Part shown: one piece after another, positions 54,585-64,000 of the stretch
How the letters are laid out: each line of letters begins with the position of its first letter
Numbering within the stretch: the stretch's first letter is position 1
Origin: a virus
IMG/VR virus record: IMGVR_UViG_3300025860_000003
Span: 32,001-96,000 of that record
Reading direction: 5' to 3' (one strand)
DNA length: 64,000 bases
Position numbers and translations under genes: made by a program
Notes under the pieces: model-generated
Seen by the model: only the letters and a program-made list of their open reading frames with translations
Database searches by the model: none
What the model was told of the DNA's origin: nothing

Positions 54585-57500
54585 TATTGTATGCCTGAAC
54601 CGAAACAGCTATATACGTTTTCTGCTGTACACACAATCTCAATAATTCCACCTTTTTGAATAGCTATTGAAGCTGCCGTGAGAGGACTTGCTCCCAACAC
54701 CAACCTGCTAAAAACGCTATTTGTATTTCTGCTGATCGTTACTGTTGATGTTCCTGCATTGACTAATGTGTAAGTGACACCCACATCAGCAGCTGGACAA
54801 TCATCTAATGTCCATGCACTAGCGGTTGCGCCATTGTATACAAGTTTTCTTCCGCTGTGCGTAGCCTTATTAATGCTGGCCACTGTGCCACTACCAATAA
54901 TAAGGGCAAGTTGACTGCCTTGAAATGAGTCGCCAGTAATAGCTCCTGCTGTAAGAGCACCAGTGCCAATGTCTATACTAGTAAACCCAGAAGTAATAGA
55001 ACCAGAATTAAGCGCACCAGTTGTAACGATATTACTAGAACCTGCGAATGTGCTTATCGCAGAATTCTCAACATTGTCCAAAGATAAGTCTGATTTCAAT
55101 TCAGCATAAGTTCTGCCTTTGACATTAGTGGTGCCCATCAATAAGACATCATTAGTTACTAGAGCTTCTTCAGATTTTAATGCGTTACCGCTCGCTTTAC
55201 CGAAAGTAAGAGCGCCTTGAGCGCCGATATCAGATAATACTTGAGCATCAGTTCGACTAACAAGACCTTCGGATGTGAATTGGGCAAACTCCCCACTAAC
55301 AGGAGTGCCATCAGCCACAAGACTATTTGTGTCAGCTATGCCAAAGGAGAGAGGCGCTTGCTTTGCATTCCAAGTATCTGCGCTAGAGATATATGTGTCT
55401 GTGATTGCTGTGCCATTCCACACACCAGTTCCAATAGTGCCAACACTTGTCAGTGACGAAGCAAGCACAGTAGAACCTAGAGTTGTTTGGTTCAACACTT
55501 CATTAGCATTGATTCTAAATGTTTTTGCAGAAGCTAATTCTAAATGCTCTGAAGATGTCCATGAATCAGTTGAGTCGACCCAGTTAAGTGTCTTATCAGT
55601 TGTGCCTTTAAGAGTTATGCCGCCACCATCAGCAGTGGTGTCTGTCGGTGTGGCTACGCTCCCGAGAACAATGTTCTTATCATCAACACTTAATGTTGTG
55701 GAGTTGATTACAGTTTCTGTACCATTTACTGTAAGATCGCCAGTTACGACTAGATCTCCCGATACCGATGCGTCGCCGTTTACTGCGAGGTCTGTAAGAT
55801 CTAATGCATTTTCAGTTCCCCCCACCCCTATAGTAACAGTTCCAGGTTCTAGTACCATTACATTTTTTGGGTTTGGAGTATCTATTGACCAATTGGTAGC
55901 ACCAGCTTTCGTGACCTCAAAAACCATTTGGCCAGCTATAGCTGATTCAGTACAGTTAGTAAACTTGCTAAAGATTCTGCCAGATGGCTTATATGATTCG
56001 ACGTTGGAATTGTCAGTATCAATAGCAACGCCGTAAAAGGGAATTACTCCCGTAAACTCTGTGGAAGATGTAGTCAGCCCGCTTGCAATGGTTTTTGAAT
56101 TAAAGAAATTAAGGTATGGCGATGCCCCGTTAATTATATTGGATTGAGCAGCCTGCACAACATTAACGTTGATACTTTCGCCAGCAAACTCAGTAGATGT
56201 GGCAGAAGACCCAACAGTTGTTAGATGTGTTAGAGAAGCATTTACAGCAAACGATGCATGGTCTGCCGTTTCTGCGGTGGTGTTTGCAACAAATGTCAGA
56301 CCTGTGTTTGCGAGAATATATGTCGGTGGTCTGGTCCAAAAACCTGCTTTATTTAATACTAGCTCTGGGTCTTCTCCAGCAGCACCACCAAGGTTTGCAA
56401 ATGCTGCGCCAGTAGATAAGCTGAATACTGTTGTATTCAGGTCTAGCCCAGTTCCTGCTGTATATTCTGTATTGTTATCGGAAGGAGCAACCCAAGAGCC
56501 ATCCTTTGCTAATAATAAAGATTCATCATCGCCCGATGCACCACCAAGGTTTGTAAGTGCCGCATTGATACCAAGTGTGATTGTATCATTAAGGGCAACA
56601 TTGGATGAGGCAATAACGTTGATGCCAGTACCGCCAGAATACTGCTTAACTGAATGCCAACCACCATCCTTTCTCAAGAAAGTGTGGAATAGAGGCTTGT
56701 CAGTCGTTTCTGGGTCCAAACCGCTGTAGTCAGTTCCATCACCACCAAGGTTTGTAAGTGATGCGCCAGTAGATAAGCTGAACTCAGTTCCATCTAATGT
56801 AAGACCAGTACCGCTAGTGTATGTTGTGTCTACAGGAGTAGACCACGCACCATCATTGCGCAAGAATGTTGTTGTGCTGCTGCCGCCTGTCAAATTACTT
56901 AGCGCAGCTCCGTCAGATAATGAGATAGTATTTGTGTCGAGATCTATCCCTGTTCCAGCAATTAGAGCAGTTTTTGATATTGATATTGCAGCGTCTGATT
57001 TGATATCAGCATTAATAATTGAATCGGAAGATATTGATGAAACACCACCAGCAGTGAATGTCACATCTCCAGTGATAGATTTATTATCCCAAGTATCAGT
57101 TCCATCATATATTAAGAATTGTCCAGCAACTGGGCTGGCAATGCTGGTGTCATTCAGTGAACTTATAGAGGATGTCGCATCTACATAAGCCTTTACAGAC
57201 TGTGATGTAGGGACATTAGTTGCTGTTGCTGTTCCGAAACTATCATCATCGATGAAGTCTGTTATTGTTAAAGCGCCTGTCCCACTAAATCCATCGGCTT
57301 CTACTGTTCCTGCTACATCAACATCTGCTGTAATGAGAACATTGTCCGTATCAACCCTTTTGATCGTCGCATCATCAATCCACTTACTTGTAGCATTATC
57401 ATACACTAGCAGAGAACCGTCGACAGGATTGGTGATATTAACCTCATCAATATAGTCGATTGCACCAGCTCGCGTAACTTCTTGAGTTACTGTCACTTGT

Positions 57501-57802
57501 CCTTGAACTAATCTTGTGCGCTTATCAGCACCAGATGTGATCTCAACATCATAGACATATCTTCCAGCTTCTAATGAAGAAGTGACAGACCGTGCCAACT
57601 CAATTGTGACCTCACCAGAAGTGCGCAACCCAAACCCTGCGGTAAATGGGGTTGCTGTTGAAGAATCATATGTTTTTCGGATCTGTCCCGCAACTGTGTA
57701 TCCGCTTAGATCGATGATAGATCCTGTCGATGTTTTCGCGATAATAGTTTCGGAGAAATCCGTACCTTGATCGACCTGTATGTTGAGCTTTTGAACTGAC
57801 AT
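54584..57802 (-). CDS. tail fibre / baseplate-anchored fibre protein
   Basis: N-terminal LNIQVDQGTDF...GRYVYDVEI module, repeated Y.(S/A)GTGL.L...FSLS units, and STTLSVDDKNIVLG...ADGGGITLKG module. Confidence 0.85.
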   Translation of the reverse strand: MSVQKLNIQVDQGTDFSETIIAKTSTGSIIDLSGYTVAGQIRKTYDSSTATPFTAGFGLRTSGEVTIELARSVTSSLEAGRYVYDVEITSGADKRTRLVQGQVTVTQEVTRAGAIDYIDEVNITNPVDGSLLVYDNATSKWIDDATIKRVDTDNVLITADVDVAGTVEADGFSGTGALTITDFIDDDSFGTATATNVPTSQSVKAYVDATSSISSLNDTSIASPVAGQFLIYDGTDTWDNKSITGDVTFTAGGVSSISSDSIINADIKSDAAISISKTALIAGTGIDLDTNTISLSDGAALSNLTGGSSTTTFLRNDGAWSTPVDTTYTSGTGLTLDGTEFSLSTGASLTNLGGDGTDYSGLDPETTDKPLFHTFLRKDGGWHSVKQYSGGTGINVIASSNVALNDTITLGINAALTNLGGASGDDESLLLAKDGSWVAPSDNNTEYTAGTGLDLNTTVFSLSTGAAFANLGGAAGEDPELVLNKAGFWTRPPTYILANTGLTFVANTTAETADHASFAVNASLTHLTTVGSSATSTEFAGESINVNVVQAAQSNIINGASPYLNFFNSKTIASGLTTSSTEFTGVIPFYGVAIDTDNSNVESYKPSGRIFSKFTNCTESAIAGQMVFEVTKAGATNWSIDTPNPKNVMVLEPGTVTIGVGGTENALDLTDLAVNGDASVSGDLVVTGDLTVNGTETVINSTTLSVDDKNIVLGSVATPTDTTADGGGITLKGTTDKTLNWVDSTDSWTSSEHLELASAKTFRINANEVLNQTTLGSTVLASSLTSVGTIGTGVWNGTAITDTYISSADTWNAKQAPLSFGIADTNSLVADGTPVSGEFAQFTSEGLVSRTDAQVLSDIGAQGALTFGKASGNALKSEEALVTNDVLLMGTTNVKGRTYAELKSDLSLDNVENSAISTFAGSSNIVTTGALNSGSITSGFTSIDIGTGALTAGAITGDSFQGSQLALIIGSGTVASINKATHSGRKLVYNGATASAWTLDDCPAADVGVTYTLVNAGTSTVTISRNTNSVFSRLVLGASPLTAASIAIQKGGIIEIVCTAENVYSCFGSGIQ

Positions 57803-60800
57803 CTATTTGTTTCCTAGTTCTTCGATCATTTTTCTGAGTTCTTGATTTTCTTCTTTCAGTTCTTTTATCGCCTCAATGAATAGGGCAGATAACTGAGCAT
57901 AATCAACTGTCTTATATTCTGTGGCGTTCACAATGTCATCGCCCGCTCGTGTTGTTACAGCTGACGGTAAGACTTTTTCTAAACTCTGCGCTATAACACC
58001 AGCACTGTCTTTACCACCATTGGTGTAGTTGAATGTTACACCATCAAGCGATTGCAACTTTTCAACTGCGTTATCAACAACTTCTATATTTTCTTTCAAT
58101 CTCTCATCAGAAACAGAAGCACCACCAAAGGCGATAATATCACCCTTAACTGCAAAATCACCAGCGGTGTTCAACGAACCCACTAGGCTGCTGCTGACGT
58201 AATGGAGAAGACCAGATGTCGAATGTGCAGTAAAGGTGCTGGAGTTGCCGTTATAGGCTAACGCGGTGGAAGCAACTCTTTGGTCTGCAAGATTGATTGT
58301 GGAAATGTTCGTGGTAGATATCTGAAGCCCACTAGACGAAGCCAAGAAGCCAAACCCATTAGTAGATTCATCCCAGAATACAATTCTATCAGCATTAGGG
58401 TCTGCTAACGAAAGAAGTCCTGGAGCACCTTTAGTGCCTTTCATGCCCTTAGAGCCTTTAGCGCCTCCAGCGCCTTTAGTGCCTTTCATGCCCTTAGTGC
58501 CTTTAGCGCCTTTAGTGCCTTTAGCCCCTTTAGTGCCTTTAACGCCTTCAGCACCTTTAGTGCCTTTAGCCCCTTTAGTGCCTTTAGCCCCTTTAGTGCC
58601 TTCAGCACCTTTAGTGCCTTTAGCCCCTTTAGTGCCTTTAACGCCTTTCTGACCTAAATCGCCAGTACGGGCGAATGTCACGATAACATCTTCATCAGCA
58701 CTGAACGAAGTCGCCGAGCCAGCTACATGTGCGCAGTTTACTGTGAAGTGGGCAGCGTTTTCATTAATGCCAGTAATTGTGAAGATAGCAAAATCAGAAG
58801 CATCTTGTTTATTTGAAATTCTAAAATGACCTTTTAAGGCAGAAGTAGAATCGTCAATAGTTCGTAAGAATGATTGTATGTCTGTGCTATTGTCATCTGA
58901 ATCAGCAATAAACATTTTGTTTGCATCTGCTGGTGTCGAATTATTTAACCTTAGCCCGCCTGTTCCTGGATCCGCATTACCAGTAGCAGTTTTGAAAGTG
59001 TAGTCAAAAGTAGCACCGCCAAAGTTTCCTTCACTACCTTTAGCGCCTTCAGCACCTTTAGTGCCTTTCATGCCCTTAGTGCCTTTCATGCCCTTAGAGC
59101 CTTTAGCGCCTTTGTCACCTTTAAGACCTGTGCTATCACCAGCCCATTTACCATCACCTTTGATAACTTCGGTGTTACCCATATGCAGTGGTTGGAACAG
59201 TTTTACTTTGTCTTGGATGACCGACATTACAGCGGTTGAGGCAACCTGCTGATCACCAGTACTACCACTCGTCAACTCGAAGTCCATTGAGGCATTGGTG
59301 CCCTCATCAGCATCAACATTAACGCTGATCCGCGCAGAGTTACCCTTTACACCCTCAGTGCCACCAGCCGTTTTATCTGGTGTTCTCGATCTGTGGTTGA
59401 ATGTTACATTCGCATTACCGCCACCATCATTTGCGGTTAGTGCAATACCACCACTACCAAACCCAGCTTCAATGTATCCTGAAGTAGATATGTTATCGGA
59501 TATGCCAGATACCGCACCTGTCGCACCTTTAGTGCCTTTAGCGCCTTTAGCGCCTTTATCGCCTCCAGCGCCTTTAGTACCTTTAGCGCCTTTAGTGCCT
59601 TTCATGCCCTTAGAGCCTTTAGCGCCTTTGTCACCTTTAGCGCCTTCGCCCACAAGTATAACTGCAGCAGACCATGTCACAGTAGTATCAGTTGCAGTTC
59701 CTTCAGCACTAAATGTGCCAGTACTGACATATAGATCTGATCCAGCTACTGGAGCAGGGATTGTAGCAGACCAACCATTAGGTGCAGTTAGGGTATCATT
59801 AGCGAAGTTATATGAGCCGTCATCTGCAGTTGGTGTAGCCAACGCAGTAGCACTACGCTTGTAGACCTTAGCAACAATAACACTTACACCTTGAACACCA
59901 CCAGCCCCTTTAGTGCCTTTAGCGCCCTTAGTACCTTTAGCCCCTTTAGTGCCTTTAGCGCCCTTAGTGCCTTTAGCGCCCTTAGTACCTTTAGCCCCTT
60001 TAGTGCCCTGTAGAGCTGCGTTTGTGATTGTGGCTTTCTTGAGCTTACCTGTATCAGAAGCGTCTAGCACTAGAAGATAATCGCCGCCAACTACGCTATT
60101 TGTGAGATCAGTCCTGTCTGCAATAGTTCTGCCATTATCAGTTAGGATTTCGTCATAGTTGGTTCCGTCAACCGTTAGATCCCAAAGACCGCTATCACCA
60201 CCCTCCTTCCATCGAATATCAACATCGGCTTGCGCACCACGATTGACCTGTAAACCAGCATCTTCAGTGGGGGTGTCACCAGCCGCAACATCACTATTCA
60301 GAGTGATCTGATTATCAGCAACATCTAAAGTTTCAGTATTGATTGTTGTTGTAGTGCCTGATACAGTAAGATTGCCAGCTACTGTCATATTCGTAGTTTG
60401 GACATCACTGAATCTTTTAGTTGAAGATCCGAGAGCAACAGAGTCATCCGTTTTAGGAATGATGCTTGATGCTAAAGAACCAGTAACTGTGATGTCGTCG
60501 CCAGTGCCATCACCAAGAGAAACAGCACCATCAAGAGATGTCGCCCCAGTGACAGTAAGCGAACCAAGCGAACTTGATGCGGTGGTAGATACCCCACCTG
60601 GAACATTTAGTTGGTTGTGGAATGTTGTATTCGCCCAAACAGTCATTGACGTGATATCGCCAGCAACGTATGCAGCCCTAAGTGCTGCATCTTGGGTAGC
60701 AGGATTAGCATCTGCATAATCAGCAGGATCATATACCACACCAAGAGTGATGTTGCTATTTGCACTCAGCGTACCATGAACATTAACGTCACTGCCCTTA

Positions 60801-63025
60801 ATCCCTATGGTAGCATCAGCACCAAGAGTGACGTCGCCATCAACATTTAAGGTTCCGTCTAAGTCTGTATTGCCTTTAACTCCAAGCGTGTTAGACAATG
60901 TTGTTGCGCCTGTAACACCAAGAGTAGAACTTATTGCAGTCGCACCACCAGCAGTCAGAGTTGTGACCTCTGTCGCACCAGCAGTCAGAGCAGCGTCTAA
61001 GACTGTTGCACCTTTAACGCCTAGAGTTCCAATAACAGTAGCAGCACCAGATTGTAACGTTTCAAGAGTTGTGGCACCATCGACATTCAACGTACTGTCT
61101 ATATCAACACCACCTTTAACCCCAAGCGCACCAATAACAGTAGCAGCACCAGATTGTAAGGTACTGTCTAGGACAGTTGCACCTTTGACACCCAACGCAC
61201 CAATGACTGTAGCAGCACCAGATTGTAACGTTTCAAGAGTTGTAGCTCCATCAACATTCAGCGTACCATCTAAGTCTGTATTACCTTTGACACCCAACGC
61301 ACCAATAACAGTAGCAGCACCAGATTGTAAGGTACTGTCTAGGACAGTTACACCTTTGACACCCAACGCACCAATAACAGTAGCTGCGCCAGATTGTAAC
61401 GTTTCAAGAGTTGTGGCACCATCGACATTTAAGGTTCCGTCTAAGTCTGTATTGCCTTTAACTCCAAGCGCACCAATAACAGTAGCTGCGCCAGATTGTA
61501 AGGTACTGTCTACAACAGCAGCACCTTTGACACCTAATGCGCCGATAACAGTAGCTGCGCCAGATTGTAAGGTACTGTCTAAGACTGTTGCACCCTTAAC
61601 TCCAAGCGCACCAATGACTGTAGCAGCACCAGATTGTAATGTTTCGAGAGTTGTGGCACCGTCAACATTTAAAGTTCCGTCTATATCAGCAGCGCCCTTA
61701 ACTCCAAGCGCACCAATGACTGTAGCAGCACCAGATTGTAAGGTACTGTCTAAGACTGTTGCACCCTTAACTCCAAGCGCACCGATAACAGTAGCTGCAC
61801 CAGATTGTAAGGTACTGTCTAAGACTGTCGCACCCTTAACTCCAAGCGCACCGATAACAGTAGCTGCACCAGATTGTAATGTTTCGAGAGTTGTGGCACC
61901 ATCAACATTCAATGTACCATCTAAGTCTGTATTACCTTTAACGCCTAATGCACCAATGACTGTGGCGGCACCAGATTGTAATGTACTATCTAAAGTCGTA
62001 GCACCTTTAACGCCTAGAGTTCCAGTAACAGTTGTATTCTTAGCGTCTAACGCTTCAAGAGTTGTGGCACCATCGACATTCAACGTACTGTCTATATCAG
62101 CAGCGCCTTTAACGCCTAGAGTTCCAGTAACAGTTGTATTCTTAGCGTCTAACGCTTCTAGTGTTGAATCACCATCAACATTCAATGTGCCATCTAAGTC
62201 TGTATTACCTTTAACACCTAGAGTGCCAGTGATTGTAGCATCACCAGAACCTAGCGTTCCTGTGAAATTAGCATTGCCGTTTGAGTCAATAGTCGCAACA
62301 ACAGCATCATCTGAGTCTACGATAACCAATTGTGATTGACCAGCAGCATCAACTAATTTTAAGTATAGGTCTGAATTACCAAGAGTCGAATCACCAGCAA
62401 GGTATATCGCAGCAATATCGTTGTTCCCACCTTCACCGCCAGTACCGCCAGAGAATAGTAAGTGTGGTGAATTGCCATCAGCACGGAATGTAGTGTTACC
62501 GCCAGCCATTGTTAAGTCGCTGTTGTTCACTTCATAGGCATGGTCGCCTTGTAAGTCTCTTAATTTGAAGTCTTGATATTGTAGTTCGTCGGTTGTTCCA
62601 CCTTCTTTTATTACAAGAACCTGACCAGAAGCACCGCCACCCAAGCGAATCCTACTCACATCGCCAAGATCGACTTGCTCTGTACCAGTAGTGTTGAATG
62701 TCACATTTGCGTTGAACACAGTATTAGCGTCAACAGTGAACAACTCAACTCCAGCGCCAGTTATATGTGTGTTGGATTCTATAAGAAGCGTTCCACCATT
62801 ATCACCAACTGTGTCGCCGCTTTTCAGTTTATCAGTTCTCAGCGTTGTAGAAGAGAACGTCCCCTCAACATGACCGTCTCCAGTAACTGAGCCGCCCCTA
62901 TTAGCACCACCTGCTCTCGCTACGGTGACAACATTGTTGCTTATAATCGTAGAGATGAAGTTGGTGTTTAATCTCCAAGTATTAAAGCTATCGCTCAGTT
63001 GGGTATTTGATACAGGTACTGTCAT
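57803..63025 (-). CDS. long tail fibre with beta-repeats, Gly-X-Lys collagen segments and C-terminal peptidase S74 chaperone
   Basis: SDSFNTWR.NTN N-terminus; (GAATVIGALGVKG...) repeats; four collagen blocks; SDERLKENI...G.IAQ...VDY..L....IEAIKEL. Confidence 0.92.
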   Translation of the reverse strand: MTVPVSNTQLSDSFNTWRLNTNFISTIISNNVVTVARAGGANRGGSVTGDGHVEGTFSSTTLRTDKLKSGDTVGDNGGTLLIESNTHITGAGVELFTVDANTVFNANVTFNTTGTEQVDLGDVSRIRLGGGASGQVLVIKEGGTTDELQYQDFKLRDLQGDHAYEVNNSDLTMAGGNTTFRADGNSPHLLFSGGTGGEGGNNDIAAIYLAGDSTLGNSDLYLKLVDAAGQSQLVIVDSDDAVVATIDSNGNANFTGTLGSGDATITGTLGVKGNTDLDGTLNVDGDSTLEALDAKNTTVTGTLGVKGAADIDSTLNVDGATTLEALDAKNTTVTGTLGVKGATTLDSTLQSGAATVIGALGVKGNTDLDGTLNVDGATTLETLQSGAATVIGALGVKGATVLDSTLQSGAATVIGALGVKGATVLDSTLQSGAATVIGALGVKGAADIDGTLNVDGATTLETLQSGAATVIGALGVKGATVLDSTLQSGAATVIGALGVKGAAVVDSTLQSGAATVIGALGVKGNTDLDGTLNVDGATTLETLQSGAATVIGALGVKGVTVLDSTLQSGAATVIGALGVKGNTDLDGTLNVDGATTLETLQSGAATVIGALGVKGATVLDSTLQSGAATVIGALGVKGGVDIDSTLNVDGATTLETLQSGAATVIGTLGVKGATVLDAALTAGATEVTTLTAGGATAISSTLGVTGATTLSNTLGVKGNTDLDGTLNVDGDVTLGADATIGIKGSDVNVHGTLSANSNITLGVVYDPADYADANPATQDAALRAAYVAGDITSMTVWANTTFHNQLNVPGGVSTTASSSLGSLTVTGATSLDGAVSLGDGTGDDITVTGSLASSIIPKTDDSVALGSSTKRFSDVQTTNMTVAGNLTVSGTTTTINTETLDVADNQITLNSDVAAGDTPTEDAGLQVNRGAQADVDIRWKEGGDSGLWDLTVDGTNYDEILTDNGRTIADRTDLTNSVVGGDYLLVLDASDTGKLKKATITNAALQGTKGAKGTKGAKGTKGAKGTKGAKGTKGAKGTKGAGGVQGVSVIVAKVYKRSATALATPTADDGSYNFANDTLTAPNGWSATIPAPVAGSDLYVSTGTFSAEGTATDTTVTWSAAVILVGEGAKGDKGAKGSKGMKGTKGAKGTKGAGGDKGAKGAKGTKGATGAVSGISDNISTSGYIEAGFGSGGIALTANDGGGNANVTFNHRSRTPDKTAGGTEGVKGNSARISVNVDADEGTNASMDFELTSGSTGDQQVASTAVMSVIQDKVKLFQPLHMGNTEVIKGDGKWAGDSTGLKGDKGAKGSKGMKGTKGMKGTKGAEGAKGSEGNFGGATFDYTFKTATGNADPGTGGLRLNNSTPADANKMFIADSDDNSTDIQSFLRTIDDSTSALKGHFRISNKQDASDFAIFTITGINENAAHFTVNCAHVAGSATSFSADEDVIVTFARTGDLGQKGVKGTKGAKGTKGAEGTKGAKGTKGAKGTKGAEGVKGTKGAKGTKGAKGTKGMKGTKGAGGAKGSKGMKGTKGAPGLLSLADPNADRIVFWDESTNGFGFLASSSGLQISTTNISTINLADQRVASTALAYNGNSSTFTAHSTSGLLHYVSSSLVGSLNTAGDFAVKGDIIAFGGASVSDERLKENIEVVDNAVEKLQSLDGVTFNYTNGGKDSAGVIAQSLEKVLPSAVTTRAGDDIVNATEYKTVDYAQLSALFIEAIKELKEENQELRKMIEELGNK
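58420..60010 (-). repeat. four collagen-like (Gly-X-Lys)n blocks encoded by 9-bp repeats
   Basis: Blocks at about 58420-58660, 59030-59130, 59520-59650 and 59900-60010; plus-strand unit resembles GCCTTTAGT/GCCTTTAGC. Confidence 0.92.
60830..62260 (-). repeat. tandem 23-aa and 38-aa (69/114 bp) fibre-shaft repeats
   Basis: LQSGAATVIGALGVKGATVLDST, and a longer variant with DLDGTLNVDGATTLET; about 16 LGVKG-containing units. Confidence 0.9.
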
Positions 63026-63118
63026 TTGAAATTCTCTATTCTCTTATAGTGAGGGACTAGTATTATTTATTAGAATTGATTGAGTCGTTTTCAGATATTT
63101 GTCGTATCAATTCAATCT

Positions 63119-63340
63119 CTATTGTCTGTTATTTATTAGAACTTGCAGCATAGTTTTTATATCTTGCATATCACTTTTGAGACTTTCTATCTCGTCTGTC
63201 ACGCGCTTGTCTTTTGCGTTTCTAACTATCTTCTCTTCATATGCTCTATTCGAAGAAACGTCATTGCAAAAGATCGCCCCAGACTCAACATCAAATGTCA
63301 AGTCAGGACGACCTCTAACAGAAACTACTTTCGATTGCAC
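63119..63340 (-). CDS. small coiled-coil hypothetical protein
   Basis: D..SGAI...EIESLKSDMQDIK.ML pattern typical upstream of T4-like fibre genes. Confidence 0.75.
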   Translation of the reverse strand: MQSKVVSVRGRPDLTFDVESGAIFCNDVSSNRAYEEKIVRNAKDKRVTDEIESLKSDMQDIKTMLQVLINNRQ

Positions 63341-64000
63341 TATACAGGTCTCTTATGCGTTACACTAGTCAAGTTGTGTATTGAAGGAGTGTAATCTCTA
63401 CCCTTACCATCAGGGCGAGTCAAAACAATCTTGTATTGGATATAATCAATACCAGAATATCTAGAACCATCCTTTGACTCATACGCAATAATCTTAGTAT
63501 CATCAGTGTTCTCGAACAACTTATTGGTAGTGGCAAACCCAGTAGCGGCAGTCGTAGAGAAAAGTCTGAACAATTTAGTGGTGCTTGAAGTGGAGTCGCC
63601 AAGCGTTGATTGTTCAGCAGGTCTTGTGTAATAATCCTCACATTGGGTGAAGATCTTATCCTCGATAGGCTCAGGGTCATTTTCATTCCTAGCTCTAACA
63701 TACACAGTAACACCACCCTCTTTCGGCATATATCCTCTAACAGCAAAGAAGAATTTCTCGCCAGCACCACCTTCAGGTCGACTAGCAGGAACAACCTGTG
63801 ATATATATCGAGCAGAAGCGTCACCTGCAGGAAACTGCTCATTTCCAGGAGTAGCACTAATTCTTTCTTGCTCAACACTCACCGATGCATCGTTTATATC
63901 GACTGTTGGACCAACGCGAATGTCAGTGGTTGTCATAGTACCTTTAATGAGTAATGACTTTGTATCTCTGTTTGATGCGCTATAGATTCTTTTCTGATCT
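63340..64000 (-). CDS. C-terminal part of a large virion structural protein (begins outside the window)
   Basis: Frame stays open from 63936 to the window edge (DQKRIYSASNRDTKSLLIKGTMTT...); P.VD, ARYIS.VV, VYVRA and QYKIVL motifs. Confidence 0.75.
   Translation of the reverse strand, partial: DQKRIYSASNRDTKSLLIKGTMTTTDIRVGPTVDINDASVSVEQERISATPGNEQFPAGDASARYISQVVPASRPEGGAGEKFFFAVRGYMPKEGGVTVYVRARNENDPEPIEDKIFTQCEDYYTRPAEQSTLGDSTSSTTKLFRLFSTTAATGFATTNKLFENTDDTKIIAYESKDGSRYSGIDYIQYKIVLTRPDGKGRDYTPSIHNLTSVTHKRPV

Noticed and set aside
58420-62260. Possible CRISPR array or DGR repeat pair
   Set aside because: Repeats are in-frame coding units with no unique spacers; no reverse transcriptase or adenine-specific variant pair was seen.
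60807-62339. 510-aa plus-strand ORF (also 55275-56036, 58434-58652, 59295-59864, 18892-19683 and others)
   Set aside because: Antisense shadows of repetitive or codon-biased minus-strand genes; no ribosome-binding sites, promoters or recognisable motifs.
1-64000. tRNA/rRNA genes, introns or inteins in gp17, gp20, gp23, gp43, gp46, uvsW
   Set aside because: No cloverleaf or T-loop signature found by eye in the intergenic gaps; core proteins have normal lengths and uninterrupted motifs.

Overview
The window is a 64 kb piece of a T4-like (Tevenvirinae/Kyanoviridae-type) myophage genome. It is probably aquatic or marine with a heterotrophic bacterial host, since it has Hsp20, CobS/CobT-like and PDF-like genes but no photosynthesis genes here. 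Essentially all real genes are on the minus strand. Reading in transcription direction (64000 to 1), the order is: a large virion protein (partial), two tail fibres, a GT25/PLOD-like collagen-modifying enzyme and a second glycosyltransferase, a putative adhesin module, gp13-gp23, gp3, uvsY, uvsW, gp55, gp47, gp46, a degenerate peptide deformylase, and a five-gene DNA hypermodification operon. Then come hsp20, cobT/cobS, gp45, gp44, gp62 and regA interleaved with glycan-type enzymes, a hyperplastic region of small ORFs under repeated sigma70 promoters, and the start of DNA polymerase gp43. Two systems stand out. (1) A candidate phage collagen post-translational modification pathway: a fused GT25 + PLOD-type glycosyltransferase + lysyl hydroxylase lies near a proline-poor tail fibre whose collagen triplets are almost all Gly-X-Lys. 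(2) A TET/JBP + amino-acid:DNA transferase + kinase + GNAT + glutamine amidotransferase operon in which three enzymes end in sliding-clamp-binding-like tails. All calls come from motif recognition by eye; no database searches were run.
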